A program made the position numbers and the translations under genes. Source: Camelus ferus (lineage: Eukaryota). From it: 64,000 nt of DNA. Below are positions 24,385 to 37,500 of the stretch, piece after piece (positions within the stretch are counted from its first letter, which is position 1; each line of letters begins with the position of its first letter). The stretch is from NCBI RefSeq assembly GCF_009834535.1, contig NC_045696.1, positions 98,148,001-98,212,000 on the forward strand, in the 5' to 3' direction. The notes under the pieces were generated by a model that saw only the letters and a program-made list of their open reading frames with translations, was not told where the DNA came from and ran no database searches.

Positions 24385-27300
24385 ATTTCCTCTCAGGGTT
24401 CTGGTGGGTGAAATGTCCCCCCTCCCCTGATGTTTTCTAGTTGGGGAGAGGGATAGGGTGGCAACTGTAGCACTAAATGCCCACTTTGTGACAGGCGAAT
24501 GCCATGCTGCTCATAGACCTTTTACAGTTGGGAATACCCATTTTACAGAAGGGATGGGAGGCAGAGTCCTTGTTTAGCAAATAACTTACCCAAGGTAGCA
24601 GAGCTAGTATGTCCACAGAGTTAAGATTTGAACCCAGGTCTTTGTTCTAAAATACTACTCTACTGTATGCTTGAATTTAATGATGGAAGGAATTAGTTTA
24701 AATTTGCACTTGCAACCTGAGATGCGTTTGGGTATCTGGCCACGGAATCTTGATGGATGGTCCTTAATAAAAAAAAATACGTGTTTGAAATTTTGTTGTA
24801 AATTGTTAAGTTAAAAACATTTAAATTACAAAATATTTTGAATATACTAAAAATACTATAAGTTATCTGGAAAACGATGTGTCCTCTGTCTAGATTTTAT
24901 ACTTTTACCATCAGTGCTCAGAGCCTCTCTTGGTAAAGTAGTGAACGTTGCAGAAATTGCTAAAACACTCACATCCCCACTCGTCTCCCCTTTTCCTCCC
25001 TCTGTCCTTCGTAAAGCTATTTCCTCCCTCTGCTATTTGTAAAGCAACCCAAGGACATTTAGAAGCCAAGATAATATGGTTGCTCAAATGTTTGTTCACT
25101 GGCTGCTCTCTTCAGGGTCCAGATGATGTAGGTGCCCAATAAATGCTTTTTAAAAGTTGAACTAATGCAAGTCATTTATAAAGAATTTTAAACAGTGCCT
25201 TGGCAGAGGAAGGGTCTTTAATCTTTAAACACAACTCAGTTAATTATGGATTGTTTGGAAGAAGGCAACACCATCACCCAGAATTATAGGTAACTTAACA
25301 GAGTGAGTGAATTTAATCAGGTAACTTATTAGAGTTTCTTTTTAAAAGCTACCTCTTTACGTTGACAAATGTATAGATGGTCATATATGAAACTTCTCAG
25401 TACCACGGTTGTATACCTTTCTTATCAAAGTAATATTATTGAGGAGATGACCCTGTTATATGCACAGCAGCGATAGTTTCATTACTTTCCATCTGATATG
25501 TAATATGGCATGTATCCCTTGCCCCAACCCTGCAAATAAGGCAGAGGATGGGTTTACAAATGCCTTCATGTTCTTGACATTGGACAAACTTACCAGCACT
25601 AGAAAATCCCAAAGCAAATGCTTGCTTCATTGCTTCAAAGGGTGTGTTTGGCAGGGATACAGAGGAAAAGGAAGAGCTTGACTTTGGACTTAGACAAATG
25701 TAACCTCAGAGTGGCTCTCAAACACCGGCTACTTTACCTGGAGCAGGCTGCTTAGTTATTCTAGACCTTGGTTTCCTCATCTGTAAAATAGGGATGCAAA
25801 TGGGACTCTAACAAGTGGCTCTAAGGGCAAAATGAGATGCATGTGTAAGGGACTTGGTGGATGGTCGGTACTGAACAACATTTCCATGTCTTCTCGGTAG
25901 TTAGTACAATGTCAGGCTCTATAGATGAGCTTACTGGCCACTGTCAGGCTGCAGAGCTGAAGAGTGTCAGCATATATCATGTGGTAGATTCAAGTGGTTG
26001 CTGTGTCCTGTGGGGGTAAAATATCTCTCTGTGTTTGTTTTAATGTGAGCTGCTTTGAGAAGAAAAATTATGCTATAGCTTTGATTTTTGGAGTTTTATT
26101 TTCTGATTCTAAAAGTAATAAATGCCTACTGAAAATCATTTAGCAAAATATGAAAGAGTTGAAAGAAGAAAATAGAAATCTCTCAATTCTAACTTTCTGA
26201 TATATTTTCTATATTAAAGCCTTTTTCTGTGCGACCAGTTTTAAAACTGTGTAGAGAAGGCCTCTGGTCTGTTTTTCAGGTCAGCTAGGAAGGACACTTT
26301 TATTTTATCTGGGGATCTAAGTAAATGTTTGAAGGATCCTGGTATTTTTCAGGATAAGACTTTCATGATAAATAATCTTTGGCTTCTTAACATCTGTTGC
26401 ATGTTGACAGTCCCTTGTTTCTGGGAGAAGACATAGGCATGTGATGCTTTAAGACCTCTTCCTCCTCCCCAATCTATTTAGCCTCTGAAATACAGTACAA
26501 TAGGTGGATTTCAAGAATATTTTGAAGCTTTTTCTCAGAATAGGTGTGATTTCTTGGCGGGCATAGTTCTGTACAACCTTACATTACTGCATCAAGATTT
26601 ATGAAAGGCCTTGGCATATGTATAGAGTAGGATGAATAGTTGTTAGACACAATATCATTTTAGGATTGATTATGTAGGATGGTATGATGTTTCATAGGTT
26701 AGATTAATCTCTTTAAAAAGATACCTAAGGTTGAATGCTTCACAGACAATGATTTTCCATCTTTCTGGATCTTTGTACTCCTAGGATTTTTGTATGTCTA
26801 GACACAGTTAAAAATGTCACTTTGTTTTTTTAAGCTATGCATTTTTGCATATTTTTCAAACATCATCACTGTAAAAGAAATGTCCTAGAAAATGGAAGTG
26901 AAAGTTCTCTTGTGATTTACTAGAATCTTTCAAATAATACCCAATCTTCAAATCAAATCTAGTAAACTACTGGAATACCTCTAGGTACCTCATAAAGGAA
27001 ATGTTGAAAGAAAAATTTTTTGCCTTTAGTTGTGGATATTGGATTTTTAACATTGAAATGAAACTGCCCTGTGAAATGCAGAGAAACTTGTCTTCATTAG
27101 TTGCAGGAAAGGTGGCATTTCTGGACAGAGATGTGGCTGTGTGATTCAGGCGGTGTCAGAACTGTCTAGAGGGGGTGTGACTATTTGCTCAAATAAGATG
27201 ACCTAAGAGGTTCATCAAGACCCCATTTGCCCCCAGATAACCTCATTAACTGTCATGGTTCCTCCTGTCTTCCTTCTGTGCCTGAAATACTCTCTTTACC

Positions 27301-28343
27301 AATTCAGACAGGTTGTCTGGCCAGAGCAGGTGAATACATGTGATGCAATTCTAGATTTGTAGAACTCCCATGTCCCACACTGGAAAACCAGTCTTACTAT
27401 TTTAAAGCAGAAACACTGTTTGAGATAGAAAATATTCAGGGGGCCATTCCTGTGCTGTTCCTTAGTTGCTGCTTTGGGGTGGTGAGAGCTTGAGACTGAA
27501 GAGAGAGCTTAGAGCCTGTCCTAGGTTCTCAGGGTGGGATTAAGTCAAAGGAAGGAAGAGGAGAGGTGCCCTCACAGCCAGGGGCTCCTGTGTGGGCAAG
27601 GCTGGGCTGAGTCTGGTCTGGCAAAGCAGCAGTCTCTGGTCAGCCAGGCAGAAGCGCATACAGTACTACTACACTAGAAGGGACCAAAGCAGGCGTCTCT
27701 CTCTGTTTTTTCTCAGTTAAGCTCAGGCATATGGCTACTCCTAGCCTGCTGGCTGTTAACTTTCAGTTGGCAAAAGAAATAGCAAAAATGTCTCCAGTGC
27801 AGGAATTCTCAGATACGTGGGTTTTAGGAAAGAATACTTGCATATTTGCTTTCCTTATTCTTCCCAAAAATTCCTTGGAATTTTAGAAAAGCCCATGCAT
27901 ATTCCTAGTTTCTGTTTTAAAGCTCTGAACATTGGGCTACAGCATCCTTTAGTTAGAGGTTGATGCCACATACTAGAGACTGGTAACGGAGTGTCCTGTG
28001 GAACTGTCTGAGTTGAATGATACACCTCCAACAAGATAACTTCACTCAGCTAACTATGGTTGAGTTAGCCCTCCAATTCACATGGATGTAACTTAAACAT
28101 AATGAGGGAAAGATAATTTTGCTAAATTACATCTGTTTTTAAAATTAGCATCAATGCTGCTTAAAAATTCACAGGAATTTCATTCTTTTTCTTCCTTTCT
28201 TTTTTCCTTTTCCTTTCTTTCTCTTTCTTTCTTTTTCTTTCTTTTTTCTTTTTTTTTTTTGCACTTAAGGCTCTCTTTTTCTCTGCCTATTTAAATGATG
28301 TATTGCTAAAGATGATTGCTTGACAAATTGTAGCAGCTGCACT

Positions 28344-28360
28344 GCTACCATCTAGTGGAC
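28344..28360 (-). promoter_or_regulatory. Candidate CTCF site between CPB1 and CPA3
   Basis: Minus strand GTCCACTAGATGGTAGC, one mismatch to the CCASYAGRKGGCRS core. Confidence 0.5.
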
Positions 28361-28856
28361 AATTAATGAAATTAATCATTCTTTGGGTTGACAGCTAAGC
28401 AAATCATTGTGACTTTAATGGATTGTTTTTGAATAGAACACTGTTATAGATATTTCAACATATTATGCTAGATGTGGAATCCTGTTTTCAATCTTGAATC
28501 CACATGGAAAATAATGAGGTAATCTTTTGTTCTATGATTTTAAACTAAGAATACTCCCAAATTGCAATCTAAATACATATTATTATATTTTAAAATTTGA
28601 ACTTTGCACAATACTCTTCAACGTTAGCACGTTCAATTCTAATTCTGGAAAACTTCAAGTCATGTTTGATATACAAGTCATAGAGTGATTTTTGCCTCTT
28701 TCATTTTAAGCCCAACTGATCCAGCCAGGGTCCCTGGCATCCTCTTGTTTCACTTCAATCTACTTTCCACACCTTAGCCTGGATGGTGTTTAAAAAAAAA
28801 AACCTCTGATCCTGTCATTTACAAGTTAACATCTTTAATGGCCTTTAATTGTTCTT

Positions 28857-30505
28857 TTTTATTGAATGAAAGATTCTTTAAATTCTATAGTGCTTCATAA
28901 TTTTCAAAAGTTTCACACACATGATTTCATATAATCCCATAATAACCTTTTTTTTTCCCTTACCACTATAATGCCCCTCCCTCTTTCCTCTCCCCATTGG
29001 TAGCCACTAGTTTGTTCTCTGTATCTGTGAGTCTGCTTCTTTTTTATTTTATCACTAGTTGTATTTTTCAGATTCCACAAATAAGTGATATTATATAGTA
29101 TTTGTCTCTCTCTGTCTGACTTATTTCACTTAGCACAGTGCCCTCCAAATTCATCCATGTTACTGCAAATGGCAAAATTTCATCCTTTTTTATGGCTGAG
29201 TAGTATACAGTTGTGTGTGTGTATATATATATAAATACACATCACATATATATATATATAAAAATACACATCATATATATATATATATATATACACGTAC
29301 ACACATACACATCACATCTTCTGTATCCATTCAGCTGTTAATGGACACTTAGATTTTTTTTGATGTCTTGGCAAATGTAATAGTGCTGCTATGAACATTG
29401 GGGTGCATGTATCTTTTTGAATTAGTGTTTTTGTTTTTTTCAGCTATACATCCAGGAGTAGAATTGCTGGGTCATATGATAATTCTATTTTTAGTTTTTA
29501 GAGAAACCTCCATACTCTTTCCCATAGTGGCTGCACCAGTTTACATTCCTACTAACAGTGTAGGAGAGTTCCCTTTTCTCCATATCCTCGCCATTTGTTT
29601 TTTGTGTTCTTTTTCGTTTTCTTTTGTTTTTCAGCTTTCAGTTTTATTAGGTAGAATTGTTATAATTTGACTGCACATGTACAATATATTGCATATAAAT
29701 ACATATATAGAATATCCTACACTTAAAAAATTTACATGTGTACTGTTCATTGTTCCTAAGAATGTTTAGAGCTTTAACTTTTTAAGTTTACATAGTTATC
29801 AAAGGAATAAAGCCAATCACAAAATAAGAATTAATTTAAAAAGATACATATACCCCACTATTAACAGCAGCATTATGTTTTCTGTTTTTTAATGACGGCT
29901 GTTCTGACAGGTGTGAGGTGATATCTTATGGTTGTTTTGATTTGCATTTCCCTGATGATTAGTGATGTTGAGCATCTTTTCATGTGCCTGTTGGCCATCT
30001 GCATTTCCTCTTTGGAAAAATGTCTATTCAGTTCTTCTGCCCGTTTTTAAGTTGGGTTGTTTGTTTTCTGGTGTTGAGTTGTGTGAGTTGTTTATACATT
30101 TTGAACGTTAACCCCTTATTGGTCATATCATTTGCAAATATCTTTTCCCATTCTTTTTATTTTGCTGATGGTTTCCTTTGCTGTGCAAAAGGCTTTAAGT
30201 TTAATTTGGTTCCATTTGTTTATTTTTGCTTTTGTTTCCTTTACTTACTAATCTGTGACAAAGGAGGCAGGAATATATAATGGAGAAGAGACAGTCTCTT
30301 CAATAAATGGTGCTGGGAAAACTGAACAGCTAATCGTAAGAAAAGATGAAATTAGAACATTCTCTAACACCATATACAAAAATAAACTCAAAATGGATTG
30401 AAGACCTAAATATAAGACTAGATACTATAAAACTCCTAGAAGAAACCATAGGCAGAACACTCTTTGACATAAATTGTGGCAATATTTTTTGGATCCATCT
30501 CCCAA
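28857..30505 (-). mobile_element. 5'-truncated L1 with twin-priming inversion (about 30245-30505 inverted)
   Basis: Antisense L1 3' end and ORF2 C-terminus up to about 30240, then plus-strand [20 protein letters not shown]; degenerate TSD 28840-28856 vs 30506-30522 (14/17). Confidence 0.88.
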
Positions 30506-31192
30506 GGCTTCTTATTGTTCTTAGACCAATGTACTGAATCCCTAACATGACCTCTAAGCTCTGCTTGACATGATCCCCAACTCCCTCCTCGGCCCTTACA
30601 CGTACCCCTCTTCCCTCAACTGTCTGAGTTCCACCCTCTCTGGCTTTCTTCTCATAGCATCTGTATAGTTACAGGGCCTGGAAGGGGTGCTCCCTTCGTC
30701 CAGCTAATTGTGAATCATTCCTGAGAGCAGTTTCTCCCTCACGAGGTAGGTAATGTAAATTAAATCACTAATTATTAAATAACTAGTTAGATAATTATTT
30801 GTTTCGTGTCCATCTTCCCTAATGGCCAATACAGCCATTGAGGGCAGAAATGTTATCTTTCTCTTTCATTGCTCTGTCCAAATTGCTTAGCAAAGTGCTT
30901 GGCATGTAGTAAACAGCTCAGAAAATAACTCAAATGAGCTGAGATGAAAGCTATACCACACTTTACAGTCTTAAATTTCCCCTATGTTTCTTCTTCCTCA
31001 TCAGCCCCCGGCTCTAACCTGTGTACCTCTGCACTCTGCCAGGACTGGCCAGCACCCCAAGGACTGTTAACACCTATATTGCTGATCTACATCATCAGTT
31101 TTGCATTGCTTGTTTAATCCTTTGTTCATATCTTTTTTTTTTTCCCAAAGAAGTGGACAATCTGTCAGGTTTTTCAATTATAATGATTCACT

Positions 31193-31198
31193 TTTATT
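31193..31198 (-). terminator. CPB1: Probable CPB1 polyadenylation signal AATAAA
   Basis: First AATAAA on the minus strand, about 150 nt after the stop codon. Confidence 0.7.
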
Positions 31199-31349
31199 AT
31201 GATCAGTATTAAAGATCCAAGTAGTTTCATAGACCCAGAAGCTTAAAAGAAAGATTGGGGTCTGGAAAATATCTAGGCAAAAGTAGGAGTTCAGGGTAGA
31301 AAAGAAAGAAAGAGTGAACATTTAGAAATAAGGCTCTTAGCACTCGGGA

Positions 31350-31537
31350 CTAGTACAGATGTTCCAGGACATAGCTGGTAACATGGTTGATCGCCAGCAT
31401 TGTCTCCTCACAGGTTGCCTGGATCTGGGATTCAGGGAGGGCAAAGCCATATCTCCCTTTGTCTCGGAGTTCAAAGGTGAAGGAGTATTTGATTCCTAGG
31501 TCATAAGCCCAGTCATCAGAGCCCCCAGCAGCAGGGT
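31350..31537 (-). CDS. CPB1: CPB1 exon 11 coding part with stop
   Basis: 188 nt, (Y)[64 protein letters not shown] at 31352-31350. Confidence 0.95.
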
Positions 31538-34500
31538 CTGAAATGAGCAAACAGAAGAAAAAAAAGATCTTTACATCTAGGAAGGAGATTAAAAAGCCCG
31601 CCAACTTCCTTTTACAGTTACAGATGTTTCACTGCATAAAATTGCATAGGTAGGCGAATTTCCTAGTAAACTGGATCATAAAAGCTGTGGGGGCTATCTT
31701 AAAAATTAGCCCAGCTTTACTACTAAGTCTGCTTTGTGGGAGTGGTGTCTTTAATATCCCAGGAAGTATATACTTTATAATATTTAAACTTCTCAGTGTG
31801 CTTGTGTGCTGTGGTAAACTCTGCTGTATAGTGTGTAATTTGTTTATGAAATATATACAATTTCTGGGAAAAGAATGTATGTTCCTGGAAGAATAGGAAA
31901 AACTGCATGATGATTGTGAGAGGAGAGGACTCCAAACCCTGCTGAAACTTGCTGAATAACGACATTGGAGCAGCTCCAGGGCAGGGCTGTGCCTTCATTT
32001 TTGTATCCTCAGGCTCTAGCATATGGCCTGGCATAGACGAGGCACTCATTCAGTTATTCATTCAATGACAGTTATGATGTCATTCATTTATTCAATCACT
32101 TGCTTATTTATTCATTTATTTATTCAGTCAACAGCAGTAAGGCTCTCACTGAGCAGCAGGCCATGTGCTCAACTCTGGAGATGCCAGGACAAAGGAAAGA
32201 CATGACCCTGCCCTCCAAGGGCTTATGGTGTAATGGAAAAAGGAGCCTTGTTGAACTAGCCTGAAAAAACCTACAAGAAGTTCACAATATGTGAGTAGGT
32301 AGGTGGGTTATTTCTGATAGAAGCCCCTTTAAGAAAACAGTATACCCCATCTGATACAGAGAAGTTCAGTAAAGGACAGGAATACAGAAGGCTGTAGTCT
32401 ACATGAAGCTTTTTAAAAAAGCCCTCAAGATTAGAGCCTATCCTCCATTGGAGGCCCCTTGATGATAAGAGTGGCCTTTTTTCTTGCATTTCTTGTCCTT
32501 TAAGGCTTGGGACAGAAAGAAATCATGCAAAGGCAAAATATATGTAGAAATGGAAAATGGGGCCTGCACAATGTGCCTTCCCAGTGGAATCCAAGCAGCA
32601 GCATCCAAGGCTCTGGGGTCTGGCCCCTACCTAACCCTCTTGCCACTTACCTCTTTCCCTTGCAAGTAGCTTGAGCCTGAAGTAGCCCTTGCAACCTGCA
32701 GTCTGTTTAGCCAGGAAAACCTTCTCTCTGTCCTTCCAGATAAAGCTTCTGTGTCATCATCCTGAGAAATCATCCCTGATACTGTGGGAGGGGTGCTTAG
32801 TCTTTGAGGGTGCTCTTTTCTTGTGCATCCTTCTGTCACAGCACTTAGCACCTGTATGACAATTGACGGTACCTCTTCCTGCTTCCCTGCTGTGGGTGGT
32901 TTGAAGATTGCTCCCTGGTCCCCCACCTTCCTTTATCTTCTCTTGTCTTCCCTTCATCTTTCCTCCCCAGCACCTAATGAGGGCTGGCACGTGGTAGATG
33001 CTCAATAGATGTTCCCAAAGAGCAAATGTTTCTGTGGGCTAAAAGGGATATTTCCCTCCCCGCCTCCCCGCCCTTTTCCTGAACAGAAAACCAATTACAT
33101 ATTTTGTAAAAAAATTCACTGTCAGGCAAAAGCCACATGCTTTAAATGATAGAAAGGAAAGACTCTGGGAACCATTTGTCGCCTTTTAGCCACGTGGATT
33201 CTTTGCACAGTTCTGAAGCCAAAACTCACAGATTGTTGAAGCTCCTGGGCCATATGTGTACTCGGTGCCATGCAGGGTGGCAAGTTCTTCCACGGCAGCT
33301 TTGGCCAGGGTATTCTGCAGAAGAGCCAGCAGTGAGTGAGTGAAGAAATAAAAGCACACACTGAAACAAACAGACACCTGTACATTATTTTTAAGATGAA
33401 GACATGTAAGTCACAATTCAAGAGAGTGCCCATCCCTATTTAGTCGTGTGATCCAGGTGATTCTTGTGGGATGTCTTTCCTAATCCCCTCACCCAGCTCT
33501 CACTCTGAGCTTCCCTTTGTCATGTGCACAGCGTGTCATATTGTGTCAGTACCATCAGCTGTCCTCTGGGTTCTCAGTGACTTTCTGTCCTTTATCTCAG
33601 TGTCCCCAGGGCTTCACTCCTAGTGGTTACTCAGTAACTCTTTGTTGAAACTCTGAGGATGTTTAGCACACTTCTTATGCTATTGTTTGAGAATTAGGTC
33701 CTTACATTTATTTTAAATCATTGTTGCAGTAAAATCTGGGTCCTAGCTCTAAGTTCTGTTTTAGTCAGAGGACAGTGATTTACTTCATCTTCTTTTTTAT
33801 TTACATGGAATTTAGTTGCTCTTTTTTTTTTTTTTCCTGGACTTAGTCTTGTTAAACTTTTTTTTTTTTTTAAACCTCAGTTCCGGTTTAAATGAAAGCT
33901 ATGCTTTCATTTAAATGAAGCTATCCTAGATACCCCATTTATTGACATAGTAAAATGTCTCCCCCTGTGAAGAACTAGGTTATAACAAAGGATTAGTTTG
34001 GCAAATTTATCTTGTCTCTGGAGCTTGTGAGAGAAAAGCAGGAGGCAGGGTCTTTATGGCTGTGCAAAGAGGTTGTCTGCCTAGTACAGGCAAGCAAACA
34101 CCAAATGCATACAAAATAACCCCAAACAAAACAATGCAAAAAGCACCTGGAAATATAGCAGGTTATAAAGCCAAGATTAAGTCATGATAGGATTATGTGA
34201 GTTGGGGCAGGAGTGTTAGAACCCACTCATAGGAATGATTGATAGTCAATGCAACGTTCTGTGGTAACAAAAATGCTCAAGACTGGACAGTTCCAAGGAG
34301 GAGTGGTAGTTCCAGCATGGAAGAATTTTTAGACTGAAAAATTGGAGAACATTTGTTTCATTTCAAAATGCAGAACATTTGAGTTCCAGAATTTAAAAAG
34401 TAGCAAGTATTAGCTTATGTGTTTTTTTTTTTTCTTAGAAGCAGCATCAGACTTGTTGCCCTCCCACCCCCTACACCCAACTCAAGGAGAAGGGCTCTAC

Positions 34501-37500
34501 ACCACACCCACTCCCTGTGCTGTCAACTCCCGAATATTCATTGACATACTGTCCATTTAACAGAATCACTTGAAAAGCAAGACTTGACTTAGCTGTCTCT
34601 GATTGTTTACTGCAGGAGAATTAGCTATGATTCATTCTGGCTATAAAACTAGCTATATTTCATATGTTGGCATTGTAATTGTCTTGTACATATGCCTGGA
34701 AGCTGTGAGGCAGGTGATGACATCAGAATAATTCTCTTTTTACAAAGTAGCAACTTCCCTTAATTCTTGTTCTAATATTAAAACTGGTTTAGTAAAATCT
34801 TAAGTCAAATTGATGAGGGCGTGGCTGTAAGATTTCAAGGATTCTAGCTCTCAAAGCATTAATGCTTCATCAACCAAGTGGTAAATTTGAAAATTTAAAA
34901 GGAATGATTAAAACTTAAACTGTGTTTTTCTGGTCTGGTCCACTGAAATGATGCAATCAAATTCTTGGAATTAATTTATTATTCCCAGAGTTTTGGGACA
35001 GTAACTTGAACATTTTAGGCTTTTAATTCCCTTTTTTTTTTCCAAACTAGTAAACTAATATGTGCTTTCTCATACTGTGTGGAATCTTTACTGCTGTGAT
35101 CTAAAGGTATTGTTTTTGTTTAATCTTATTCTAACCAACATACTAGAATTAGGTCTTCTCTCCACCCTGCAGTATGGGGCTTACTGCCGGTTGAAATCAG
35201 AATAATCTGTAAACATTGCACAATGCTCAGGACAGATTTAAAACCATCTTTTAGAGTTGTGAAACATAGTGAGGTATCAGTTCTTCTGGTAGGTAAACAG
35301 CCCGTTTCCTACTGTTCTACAGTTTCTTTAACTTGCCATTCATCCAAGGGAACTTCTAGTTATGTTTCTGTGAGGCAGAACCTCTGATCCTAGAGTACTC
35401 TTACTTCTTCTCTAGTTACCCTCCTCAGGCTTTCTACTTTTCTGTTTTTTATTTTTTTCCCTTAAGCCTTGAATTCTTACTTTTAGTAGAAATAAGATTC
35501 TAATAAGTTCCAGGTATGTCATGTACGGCACTGTGACTATAGTTAACAATACTGTATTGTGTACTTGAAGATGGCTATGAGGGTAGAGGTTTAATGTTCT
35601 CACCATAACAACAAAATGATAATTATGTCAGGTAGAGGGTGTGTAATCTAATGTGGTAAACACTTTATAGTGTATCAAGTCATCACATTTTATACCTTAA
35701 ATTTACACAACATTATATGTCAGTTATATCCCCGAAAAACTGGGAAAAAGGGAAATGTGATTCTTCAGGATTGGTTCCAAACGTGGGAAGTTTTGAAGAC
35801 TAGAGATGATTTAAGACAAGATCACAGTCATTATCTATTAACTTCTCATATGTCAGATGACTTTCAAGTCTCTCAATATCTTTATTGGTGTAATGTAATA
35901 TTTGAGTTATCTAACAAAACCGAAGGGGCTTACTCGTAATCTGTTATCTCTTTTGGCTTACCAATTTACCCATTTAGTCATAGCTACAGTTAGGGCCACA
36001 CAAAAATGTTTAGTTTGCCTTTCCTCAAAGTGATAACCAAGTGCTTTCTAAGCCTTCAGAGACGTATTTTGGAAACAGTTGCTCTGCCTTTGATGCTAAA
36101 GCAGTGTCTAAGATTGATGTTAGCTTAAAAAGGCAGTTATTTTGTTCCTGTCACTGGTGCCCATTGAAGGAAGTTTGTGCCTCAGCCTTGGCTCTCCTTG
36201 TCCTCATTGCTCTCTCATCTTGATGCCTACCTCATCACCGCATCCTTCAGTGGCTCTCTCACCTTCTACTGAAATCCAGCCTCCTCTCTTGTCATGAAGA
36301 GTCTTTGTGAGTTAGTCCCTCCCTTCTCTCCCAGGCTGCATCACTTGCTGTGTGACCCCATGTTCCTGAACTACTTTCCTGTACACCCTTCCCTGCCTCT
36401 CCTTACCTCCATGGCTTTGGGCATCCTTCTCCCTCTGTTGGAATCCTCTTTCTCTCTTTGTTCACAAGGAGAATTGCCATTGTTCTTCCAGATTCAGTCT
36501 AAATGTCCCCTTCTTTGCAAAGCTGCCACGACTCTCTTACGGAGCACTGAGCCTCCCTTCTTTGTGAGGGCTCACATCTTTATCAGAGTTTCTATCACTC
36601 TGTGCTGTAATCATTTGTTTTCACATCTATTTATTCCCCAGGTGAGCTCCTTGCGGCAGGGGTGGGGTTCTTGGCTATTCATTTTGTATCCTCAGCTGAT
36701 TGCATAGCACCTGGTTGGTTGATTGTGTCTTATCATAGGACTTCAGGTGGGCTTGATTTGGATTGGGGTGCAGAGTGCTGAGCTCTGCAAAGGCTGGACT
36801 GGGATCCTCCCTGAGTGGAGATTGGGGATGCTTGTAGGTAGGGTGGTGGTACCATGTAGTGATGGTTGGTGGGTTACCACTTTTAGACATTGACCTCTGC
36901 TGTGCACTTTACTTACTTCCATTAATGAAAAAAAATAGTGAAGTCTATTGACTCTTTCTCTCAGCCCCTCCGAGGCCAAGAGACAAAAAAGTTAGAAGAG
37001 ACATTAATCAACCAAAATATATTTTAAATTCCAATTATCTTAACAAAAATCCTTGGAATCAGTGTGGGTTTTTTTCTTTTGAAGAGTTCAAATACTTTTA
37101 CAAATGTTACTCATTTATCTTCCTAACACTATCTGTCCACATTTCATCAGCACAGAATTTTCTAGCAGAATGGAATGCCAAGTGGGGCAGCACACTTGGT
37201 GGGAATGTTCCAGCCATGCTGGGTGACTGACCCCTGCCAGGAATGGTAGAGAGAGGTGATTCCTGCATTTGCTAAATGTTAGAGAGGTAACTCCTTTTCC
37301 TCATGTGTTTCTGTTAAAAGGGACTAAGATAGCTGACAAAAGACTGGCAGAAACAATAGAACATCAGAGAGTATGATCCACATCTTGAAACCCCAGTTAA
37401 TGACACTTTCTATATAACCTGTCATTTGAGGGACATCTTACATAGTTGCTCAATGGCTTCAGAATAAGAACTAACATTTACATAAAACCTTAGATTTATA

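Noticed and set aside
29216..29316. Repeat-spacer-like ATACACATCA units as an array
   Set aside because: Compound TA/CA microsatellite expansion inside an L1 in eukaryotic DNA; no constant repeats with unique spacers, so not CRISPR-like.
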